Assembly: GCA_949299165.1 (NCBI GenBank)
Contig: CASFZJ010000001.1
Span: forward strand, 626 to 64,625
Length of the DNA stretch: 64,000 nucleotides
From: an uncultured bacterium
GTDB taxonomy: Bacteria > Bacillota_I > Bacilli_A > RFN20 > CAG-826
Direction of reading: 5' to 3'
A program made the position numbers and the translations under genes. Below the pieces are notes generated by a model. The model saw nothing but the letters and a program-made list of their open reading frames with translations. It did not search any database and was not told the origin of the DNA. Below are positions 37,945-45,342 of this stretch, one piece after another (positions within the stretch are counted from its first letter, which is position 1; every line of letters begins with the position of its first letter).

Positions 37945-39059
37945 ACTTCAATTTCATCCATAATTCCATTCCACTTTTTTATGCCTGTTCCTCCAGAGAC
38001 ATAAAAATAATCAGAAAAGAAATTTTCCGCAAAATGTACAACAAATTCATAGCTTATTGTGGCTTTTGCAGCACCAAATCTTATGCAATTAAAACAAAGC
38101 CTCGCATCCTTAAAAATGTGATAATAGTTCTGTGGAAAATATAGCGACAAATTATCTCTAAAATAACTGCTGAATAAACTTCGCGAACTTGCCATCATAG
38201 TGGTTCTTAAATCAACACAATAAGTGATGCTATAACATAACCTTTTTGCTTCCTTATTATTTGAACTTTGGAAAAAAGCAGCTCCACTAGCGTATCTTTT
38301 ATCTTTTTCGTAGCGAATAAAGGCTGAATTAAAGATATAATTTTCATCATACACCATAAAGCGAGCCGCAAGATCACTTCCAGTTCTGTTGTATTTAGTG
38401 ACGTAAGATAAATTAAAATCTGTTAAATCAAATTTATAATAAATATCTTCATAATTTTCTTTTTCAACACCAACAACTGTGACCTGTTCCTTTTCAAGTC
38501 TTAAACTCAAACCATTAAAATGAACTTCAGTAATTAACTCTTCTACATTCTCCTCCATATGAAAGTTCCATAAATTTGTAAATGGTACATCAATATAGTT
38601 AGAGATAGTTTCAAAAGGTAAGCTCGTTATGTCAGTTGAAGCAATTCGAATGAAATATTTATTTCCAATGTCATTGATTTCATTTAAATTAACTTTTACA
38701 TTTACTTCTTTTGAAGTATCATTCAAACTCAAAGAGCCTTGCGCTAAAACGTCTAACATCTCCTTATCTCCGTTTAACAAGAAGAAGTGATAAGCAGCAA
38801 ATACCGGCGCACTTTTTGAAAATTTAAAGTTTAGCGACATTTCTTCTTGCTGATAAAAATCAAGCATTCTGATATCAAAACTTTGAAGTTTCAAATTTCT
38901 GATTGGATTTTGGACTTTAATTACTTCTTCAGTTTCAAACGTTGATGAAGATGAATTTGCTTTTTTCACTTCTCCACTAGTGATAAAATTTTCTTGTGAA
39001 GGAACTGTGTTTACTAGACTAAGAAACGAAAATAACAAACTTAGTAAGAATTTCTTCAT
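37941..39059 (-). CDS. secreted or surface protein, first gene of the Tad-like operon
   Basis: 372 aa with a signal-peptide-like N-terminus (MKKFLLSLLFSFLSLVNTVPSQE) and no lipobox Cys. A strong AGGAGGT SD lies 6 nt upstream. ATGA overlap with the next gene. Confidence 0.6.
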   Translation of the reverse strand: MKKFLLSLLFSFLSLVNTVPSQENFITSGEVKKANSSSSTFETEEVIKVQNPIRNLKLQSFDIRMLDFYQQEEMSLNFKFSKSAPVFAAYHFFLLNGDKEMLDVLAQGSLSLNDTSKEVNVKVNLNEINDIGNKYFIRIASTDITSLPFETISNYIDVPFTNLWNFHMEENVEELITEVHFNGLSLRLEKEQVTVVGVEKENYEDIYYKFDLTDFNLSYVTKYNRTGSDLAARFMVYDENYIFNSAFIRYEKDKRYASGAAFFQSSNNKEAKRLCYSITYCVDLRTTMMASSRSLFSSYFRDNLSLYFPQNYYHIFKDARLCFNCIRFGAAKATISYEFVVHFAENFFSDYFYVSGGTGIKKWNGIMDEIEV

Positions 39060-39065
39060 AAAAAT

Positions 39066-39091
39066 ACCTCCTCATATAATACGAAGGAGGT
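39066..39091 (-). promoter_or_regulatory. potential SD-sequestering hairpin in the leader of the Tad-like operon
   Basis: The minus-strand RNA would read ACCTCCT-(12 nt)-AGGAGGT-ATTTTT-ATG. The 7-nt anti-SD is perfectly complementary to the SD of the 372-aa gene. Confidence 0.35.
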
Positions 39092-39141
39092 CAATTCGAG
39101 AAATGTTAAAAAAATTTTAAAAAAAATTAAAAAAATTTTTT

Positions 39142-39666
39142 ATGATTATTTTAGTCGGACCTAGCGCAAGTGGAAAAACAGCGATTGCTAAGCACTTAAT
39201 TCGATTTGGCTACCAAAAATTTGTCACCACAACAACTCGTAAAAAAAGATTTGGTGAAATTGATGGAGTCGATTATTTTTTCGTGTCGAAAGAAGAATTT
39301 CAAAAATATATTAAAGAAGATTTATTTATCGAACACACAATTTATAACGATAATTATTATGGATCCTTTAAAAAAGAAAATGGTGAAAATAAAGTTTTAA
39401 TTGTTGAGCCAAATGGTTTTAAGTCGTTCCAAGCTTTAAAAGACAAAAACATAGTTAGCTTTTACATTAAAGCAAGTGAAGAAACCCGCATCAAAAGAAT
39501 GAAAGAAAGAGGAGATAAAGAAAACGATATCAAAAAAAGAATCGAAAATGACCGAATCGTTTTTCCTGATAATTTAGAAGTAGATTTTGTTATTGATAAT
39601 GAAAATGAGGATTTAGATAAAATCACTCAAAAAATTATTTCTATATATAAAGAGAAAATTAAATAA
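39142..39666 (+). CDS. gmk: guanylate kinase family protein (short form)
   Basis: 174 aa with the P-loop GPSASGKT, TTTTRKKRFGEIDGVDYFFVSKEEF and YYGS. Confidence 0.7.
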   Translation: MIILVGPSASGKTAIAKHLIRFGYQKFVTTTTRKKRFGEIDGVDYFFVSKEEFQKYIKEDLFIEHTIYNDNYYGSFKKENGENKVLIVEPNGFKSFQALKDKNIVSFYIKASEETRIKRMKERGDKENDIKKRIENDRIVFPDNLEVDFVIDNENEDLDKITQKIISIYKEKIK

Positions 39667-40983
39667 TTATTCTTCTTCCTCTTCTACTTTAACTAATAAT
39701 TTTTCAATTGTTTGTTTTTCGTCAATCGCAATGACTTTCATTGTTAAGTTTTTATATTTAATAATCGTATTTAATTTAGCAAATTTATCATCTAAAAGCT
39801 CAACACAAAAGCCACCAATTGTAACATAATCTGTTTCAATATCATCGTATTCTAGATTAAAAAGCTCGCAAAAGTCCTCTAAATTCATTTTTCCATCAAC
39901 AATATATGAGCCATCATTTTTCTTAATATATGGAGAAGAAATATCATCACTTTCATCCCGAATCTCGCCAACAATTTCTTCTAATATGTCTTCCATTGTT
40001 AAAACGCCTTCAACTCCACCATATTCATCAAGAATAACTGCAAAATGGCGATGAGACTTTTTAAATTCAATCAAAATATCATTAATTTCAGTAGAGCGAG
40101 GGAAAGTTAATGTTTCAATAAGTAAATCTCTTAAAGTGACATTATTATTTTCTAATTTTGATCTAACAAGTGATTTTGTTAAAACATAACCCAAAATATT
40201 ATCGATGCTATCTTCATAAACTGGAATTCGAGAATAAACATAGGTTTCATCATTTTTTAAAATTTCATCGATATCATCGTTTACTTCTACTGCATAAACA
40301 TCAACTCTAGGTGTCATAATTTCATAAGCTTCAGTTTCTGCATAATCAATTGTGCCATGTAAAATTTCTGCTTTTTCTTCGTTAACTAAACCTTTATCTT
40401 CAATTTCGTCAACCATTTCATGAAGTTCATCATCGGATATTTTAACATCTTCAACATTTTTTCTAATTGGATAAGAAACAATGGCACCAAAACCACTTAC
40501 AAAGAAGGTAATTGGATAAAATGCATATTGTAAAGCGTTTAAAACTCGTGAATAAAGTGCTGCGAATTTGTAGTTATAAATTTTGCCAATTGACTTAGCT
40601 ATAATTTCACCAAAAGTAATTTTAATAACTAAGCAAATAATAGAAGCAATAAAGCCCCAGTTTTCACTACTTATACTTGCAAGTTCAGTTTCACCCATTA
40701 CTAAAAAGCAAAGATTAACACCAATTAAAGTTGAAACAGAATCTAAACAAGCATTAACTGTATCATTTAAAAGAAGAATTGTAGAAATTGTTTTATCGTA
40801 ATCTTTAGATAATTTAAATGCGTATTTATTCGCTTTTTTGCTTTCATTTTTTCGATAGATTGCTTCAAGTTTATTAACGTTACAACTACCATAGCTCATA
40901 TCAGCACTTGAAAAAATAAAGCTTAAAAAGACCATCAAAACAAAAACTAGAGTATATACAATAATCGTTACTTCTCTACTCAT
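39667..40983 (-). CDS. CNNM/HlyC/CorC-family transporter (DUF21 - CBS pair - CorC_HlyC)
   Basis: 438 aa with an N-terminal 4-TM DUF21-like domain, a CBS pair (IMTPRVDVYAV...VILDEYGGVEGVLTMEDILEEIVGEI) and a C-terminal CorC domain. Confidence 0.8.
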   Translation of the reverse strand: MSREVTIIVYTLVFVLMVFLSFIFSSADMSYGSCNVNKLEAIYRKNESKKANKYAFKLSKDYDKTISTILLLNDTVNACLDSVSTLIGVNLCFLVMGETELASISSENWGFIASIICLVIKITFGEIIAKSIGKIYNYKFAALYSRVLNALQYAFYPITFFVSGFGAIVSYPIRKNVEDVKISDDELHEMVDEIEDKGLVNEEKAEILHGTIDYAETEAYEIMTPRVDVYAVEVNDDIDEILKNDETYVYSRIPVYEDSIDNILGYVLTKSLVRSKLENNNVTLRDLLIETLTFPRSTEINDILIEFKKSHRHFAVILDEYGGVEGVLTMEDILEEIVGEIRDESDDISSPYIKKNDGSYIVDGKMNLEDFCELFNLEYDDIETDYVTIGGFCVELLDDKFAKLNTIIKYKNLTMKVIAIDEKQTIEKLLVKVEEEEE

Positions 40984-42104
40984 TTTTTGCTAGCCTCTTT
41001 TAAAATGTTGGTTTTCTTTTCGTTAATTTCGCCAACAAGTTCTTCTAAAACATCTTCCATCGTAATCATTCCGACAACTTTTCCATCTTTTTTAACAATT
41101 GCAATGTGTTTCTTTTCCTTATTAAAAGAGCGGAAAATATCGTCAACTTTAGCAGAATAATCAACAAAAAGAGGTTTAGATAAAACGCCTCTTATCTCAA
41201 GATGTGGATCTTTTGTATATTCTTTAAAATAGTTTTTAACAGTCAAAATCCCAATAATATTATCAATCGTTCCATCATAAACTGGGATACGAGAAAATGT
41301 CGTATCTAAAATGATTTTATTTAATTTTTCATAAGTTAAGCCATTGATATCAACTGCAAGAATTTTTTCTCTTGGTGTCAAAACTTCGTTTACATAAATT
41401 GAATCAAAATAAAAAGCACGATTTAAAAGTTGAAGTTCATTTGGTTCGAATAATTCTTCTTCTTTTTCTTCATCATCTTCATTTTCATCTTCAACAACCG
41501 CTTCATCTGCTTGTAAAATAAAATCTTCTTTAGTTAAGATATTGTCTTCTTTAATCTTAAATAATTTATGAACCGCTTTTAAAATTAATTTAAAAAAGAT
41601 TGAGATTGGCGAAAGAATTATACCAATTATAAAAACAGGATAGGCCAAAACATAAACTAATTTATTTGGAATTTCTTTAGAGATTATTTTAGGCACAGTA
41701 TCGCTAACAACATAAACAAGTATTGCCATGACGACTGTAGAAATAAGTGCTTCTAATCCCGCTAAACCATTTGCGTTACAAATATTATAAAAAATCATCG
41801 CACTTAAATAAGACATAAAAGTTTGCATGATATTGTTGCCAACTAATATTGTAATTAAGGTATTATCGAATTTTTCTACGAGTTTTACGATAATTTTAGC
41901 TGTTACTTTGCCTTCATCCGCTAAAACTTTAAAGTGATATTTATTGCAATTTGAAAAAGCATTCTCAGAAGCACTGAATAATGCACTTATTAATAAGCAA
42001 ATAACAATGATTATCCACCAAAAATAATCTGGCATTCCCCAGATTGTATTCGTACTCGGTTGATCTATGCTTTCTACTAAAATTTTTATCGAACTCGGCG
42101 ACAT
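40980..42104 (-). CDS. CNNM/CorC-family transporter paralogue lacking the C-terminal CorC_HlyC domain
   Basis: 374 aa with DUF21-like TMs and a CBS pair (VLTPREKILAV...AIVKKDGKVVGMITMEDVLEELVGEI). It ends right after the CBS pair. ATGA-type overlap with the next gene. Confidence 0.75.
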   Translation of the reverse strand: MSPSSIKILVESIDQPSTNTIWGMPDYFWWIIIVICLLISALFSASENAFSNCNKYHFKVLADEGKVTAKIIVKLVEKFDNTLITILVGNNIMQTFMSYLSAMIFYNICNANGLAGLEALISTVVMAILVYVVSDTVPKIISKEIPNKLVYVLAYPVFIIGIILSPISIFFKLILKAVHKLFKIKEDNILTKEDFILQADEAVVEDENEDDEEKEEELFEPNELQLLNRAFYFDSIYVNEVLTPREKILAVDINGLTYEKLNKIILDTTFSRIPVYDGTIDNIIGILTVKNYFKEYTKDPHLEIRGVLSKPLFVDYSAKVDDIFRSFNKEKKHIAIVKKDGKVVGMITMEDVLEELVGEINEKKTNILKEASKK

Positions 42105-42127
42105 ATGTGTATATTATAGGTCAAGGC

Positions 42128-42706
42128 TTAATCTTTTACAACATGACAATGGCGGCAGCGAGCTTCATATGATTCGCTAGCACCAACCAAAACTACTGGA
42201 TCTTTACGAGAAACTGGCACGCCATTAACCAAACGTTGAGTCATAGTTGCTTCTCTTCCACACACGCAACAAATAGCAGTAAGTTTTGTAACATATTCAG
42301 CTTTTGCAAGAATTGTAGCACTAATAGGAAATGGATCGCCTTTAAAATCACAATCTAGACCAGCACAAATTACTCTTTTGCCTTTATTTGCTAGTTCATC
42401 AATAATTTTAACAATTCCTTCATCGAAAAATTGAACTTCATCAATACATATTACATCAATATCATCTGTAAAAAATTTACAAATTTCTTCGCTTTTTGAA
42501 ATCGCAATTGCTTTTGAACTTCTTTTATTGTGCGAAACAACTTCTGTTTCGCTATATCTATTATCGATTGATGGTTTAAAAACTAAATATTTCTTTTTTG
42601 CATATTTTAAACGATTAATTCTTCTTAATAATTCTTCGCTTTTACCTGCAAACATTGGTCCAGTTATCATTTCGATTGAACCTATTTCTAAATCATCATG
42701 ACCCAT
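42128..42706 (-). CDS. tdk: thymidine kinase
   Basis: GPMFAGKSEELLRR P-loop, IDEVQFF, and a C-terminal zinc motif CxxC...CRHC. Confidence 0.95.
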   Translation of the reverse strand: MGHDDLEIGSIEMITGPMFAGKSEELLRRINRLKYAKKKYLVFKPSIDNRYSETEVVSHNKRSSKAIAISKSEEICKFFTDDIDVICIDEVQFFDEGIVKIIDELANKGKRVICAGLDCDFKGDPFPISATILAKAEYVTKLTAICCVCGREATMTQRLVNGVPVSRKDPVVLVGASESYEARCRHCHVVKD

Positions 42707-42845
42707 AAATTATTCCTCACAAACTTTAATAAATATATCTTAAATATTTTTGTATTTAAAGACTTGTATTATTTAAAAAATATGCTTTTTATCTTTTATT
42801 TAAAATATGCATAATTTTACAAAAAGTAATAGTTTTTAAAGAATT

Positions 42846-42867
42846 CTTAGGGAATATTGCAAAAAGT
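42846..42867 (+). repeat. dispersed intergenic motif copy
   Basis: cttagggaatattgcaaaaagt, between tdk and the 770-aa gene. Two further inverted CCTAG-containing half copies lie at 42886-42915. Confidence 0.5.
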
Positions 42868-42951
42868 AGTACTTTTTTCAATATTTCCCTAGTTTTTGAT
42901 ACTTTTTCCTAGGTTTTTAACAATATTTACTACATTTTTTTCATCATTTTT

Positions 42952-42990
42952 TGTTGAAAAAGAAAACCTCCCGCATTTAACGAGAGGTTT
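42952..42990 (-). terminator. rho-independent terminator after the 770-aa membrane protein gene
   Basis: The minus strand reads AACCTCTCG-ttaaatg-CGGGAGGTT (one mismatch) followed by TTCTTTTTC. Confidence 0.55.
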
Positions 42991-43012
42991 AATTCAATTT
43001 ACTAATTTAGAA

Positions 43013-45325
43013 TTAGTTATTTTTTAATTGGCTTGCCCAGTCGATATTTTCTTCTGGTCCAACTTGTTCGATACCTTTTTCTCTCATACAGTCGTTAATG
43101 AGATCTCTAGCTCTTCTTAAAGAAAGATCCGATTTAACTCTGAAGACGAGTGGTATATCTTTATATACTGCTTTGAAACTTGCATCTCCAACAGGAATTG
43201 CAGAATTCTTATAATCTTTTGGATCTAACGCGATATAAAGTTTGAGATGTTGTCCGCCCATTGTAATTTTACAATAAGTGACTTTACGTAATCTGAATGT
43301 GTCGCCGCTTGAAGATAATCTATCTTTTAAGCCATAGGACATGAGTAAGTTCTTTAAGTTATTGTAAGCAAGTACAATATCACTTCCACCAGTTAATACT
43401 CTTTCAGCAAAGTTAAGTTTAACAACTTCACCTTTTTCAAGAGTAGCTTCTTTTCCTCTAACATCTGGTTGTTTGATTAAAGGTCTCTTTTCTTCAACAA
43501 CAGGTTCTGGTTCTGGTTGAGGTGCTGGAACTTCAACTTCCTTAACTACTTCTTTAACAACTGGAACTTCAACTTGTTTAACGACTTCTTTAATAACAGG
43601 AACTTCTTTAACAACTGGAATTTCCTTGACAACTTCTTTAACGACAGGAACTTCTTTTACAACTTCTTTAACGACTTCTTTAATTTCAGGTTTCTTTTCT
43701 TCGACATAAACTGGAACTTCTTTAACAGTTTCTGTTTCTTCAACCTTAATATCTTTTAAAGCTTCAGCAAGCTGTGTTCTAACTAAAGTTCTTAGATCTT
43801 CTTCAGTGATTCTTTCTTCTTCCTCGACTTCAACTTCAGGAGCAACTTCGACTTTTTCTTCTTTTGCTTCTTCAATTTTTGCAGGCATTGCAACAACGAT
43901 AGGAGCAACAGTTTTTTCTTCAGTGATAGGTTGTACGACTGGAGCAGCTACTGGTTCAGCAACTGTATCTTTTTTAAGAGCTTCACTGACGAGTTTTCTA
44001 ACGTCATCTTTGGTTTCGACGACTTCTTCTTTCTTTTCGCCGACTGTTTCTTTAATAAGTTCTCTTAAATCATCAATAGTTAAGAGATCATAGTCATCTG
44101 ATAAATCTCTTCTTTCTTCTACTGGAGCAACAACAGGAGTTACTGGAGCTTCGATATGAACATCATCTTTAAGAAGGTCATTATCTCTTAAAACATCGAT
44201 AACAGCACTCTTAATATCATCTCTTGTTAAACCTGGGTTTGTTTCAACAGGAGAGACACTTCTTGTACCATATAATCCAGCTGTTTCAGTTTCACGTTTT
44301 GTATGTTTTAATTTTTCTTCTCCACCATTAGTTGTAATGTATTGAACAATTAATGGAGCATTGTTACCAGTTTGAACAACATTACCACCACTTTGTGGAG
44401 CAACAGTTCCAGCAATTGGATAGCCATAAGGAGCATAAGCATAAGGTGCAGGTGCAGGTGCTACACCAGGTTGAGGAGCAACAGGAGCGCCATAGACTTG
44501 TGGAGCGACTTCAGGTGCCTTATTCTTATTCTTTTCATTAATATTCTTGAATCCATGATTCTTGTAATATTTAATCTTTTCTTTTCTTTCTCTTCTTGTG
44601 AGGTAATCGTATTTATGACTTGATGTGTAAACAAATGCTTGAACTAAATAAACAAGTGCACAGATGCAAACGATAACTGCAGAAATGAGAAGACCCCAAA
44701 CACAGGCTACTGCGCAAATAATAGCGAGAACTTGCCACCAATTTTGTGCTTCAAATGCAGTACCTAAATAAGCAATTGATGGACTATTAATCCAGCCATA
44801 AGTTGCAAAATAGCCATTTGCAAATGCAGCTGTTGGAACAACCGCGTCCATTGCTTCTGGACCAAATGCAAGCACACTCAATGCGACAATATTTAATTCA
44901 GTTGCTGCACCAAGAATTATTCCAAAAATACCAATAAAGATTAACTTCCAATTCTTATGTGTAAAGCATTGAATCAAAATAATAATGAAAGCAATTAATA
45001 CAACTGCAAGTACAACAACATAAGCAATAAATGGAATTGCTCTAATGCCACTATCTAATAACGAACCCCAAAGTTCAAAATCACCAATAGCTCTAGCATA
45101 AGATACTACATTTTCATTCCAGAAATTGAATGTCAAATTTAATACTTGTTTAAATGTGCCAAAGAAATCTAATTGACCAGCAACACTACCAATTGTTATC
45201 AATTCTTGGCCACCATTTACCCAACCTTTAAGATTAGAAGATCCGGTAAAAATGGCTAATACAAATGCGATAATTGAAAATATTAAAGCGACTACGAAGG
45301 TTTTGACTAATCTACTTTTTCTCAT
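43013..45325 (-). CDS. 4-TM membrane protein with a P/A- and VKEV-repeat linker and a conserved unknown C-terminal domain (paralogue B)
   Basis: 770 aa. N-terminus MRKSRLV plus four hydrophobic segments. Linker PQVYGAPVAPQPGVAPAPAPYAYAPYGYP and the VKEVVKEVPVVKEV repeats. The C-terminal ~130 aa are alignable with the upstream paralogue (FRLRKVTYCKITMGGQHLKLYIALDPKDY...PLVFRVKSDLSLRRARDLINDCM). Confidence 0.7.
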   Translation of the reverse strand: MRKSRLVKTFVVALIFSIIAFVLAIFTGSSNLKGWVNGGQELITIGSVAGQLDFFGTFKQVLNLTFNFWNENVVSYARAIGDFELWGSLLDSGIRAIPFIAYVVVLAVVLIAFIIILIQCFTHKNWKLIFIGIFGIILGAATELNIVALSVLAFGPEAMDAVVPTAAFANGYFATYGWINSPSIAYLGTAFEAQNWWQVLAIICAVACVWGLLISAVIVCICALVYLVQAFVYTSSHKYDYLTRRERKEKIKYYKNHGFKNINEKNKNKAPEVAPQVYGAPVAPQPGVAPAPAPYAYAPYGYPIAGTVAPQSGGNVVQTGNNAPLIVQYITTNGGEEKLKHTKRETETAGLYGTRSVSPVETNPGLTRDDIKSAVIDVLRDNDLLKDDVHIEAPVTPVVAPVEERRDLSDDYDLLTIDDLRELIKETVGEKKEEVVETKDDVRKLVSEALKKDTVAEPVAAPVVQPITEEKTVAPIVVAMPAKIEEAKEEKVEVAPEVEVEEEERITEEDLRTLVRTQLAEALKDIKVEETETVKEVPVYVEEKKPEIKEVVKEVVKEVPVVKEVVKEIPVVKEVPVIKEVVKQVEVPVVKEVVKEVEVPAPQPEPEPVVEEKRPLIKQPDVRGKEATLEKGEVVKLNFAERVLTGGSDIVLAYNNLKNLLMSYGLKDRLSSSGDTFRLRKVTYCKITMGGQHLKLYIALDPKDYKNSAIPVGDASFKAVYKDIPLVFRVKSDLSLRRARDLINDCMREKGIEQVGPEENIDWASQLKNN
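43520..43700 (-). repeat. in-frame imperfect tandem repeat (about 21 nt; VKEVPVV-type heptads)
   Basis: The plus strand shows repeated aacttctttaacNacNgg units. The translation is KEVVKEVVKEVPVVKEVVKEIPVVKEVPVIKEVVKQVEVPVVKEVVKEVEVP. Confidence 0.8.
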
Positions 45326-45342
45326 AATCTTACCCCTCCTAA

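Noticed and set aside
39103-39120. Upstream ORF after a strong AGGAGGT on the plus strand, in front of the SD-less gmk-like gene
   Set aside because: Careful framing gives only MLKKF-stop (5 codons), and the SD-to-ATG spacing is 12 nt. The AGGAGGT is better explained as the complementary arm of the minus-strand leader hairpin.
43520-43700. Tandem 21-nt repeats considered as a possible CRISPR or satellite array
   Set aside because: The repeats are contiguous with no spacers. They are in-frame inside a long ORF and translate to VKEVPVV-type heptads. This is a coding repeat, not a CRISPR array.
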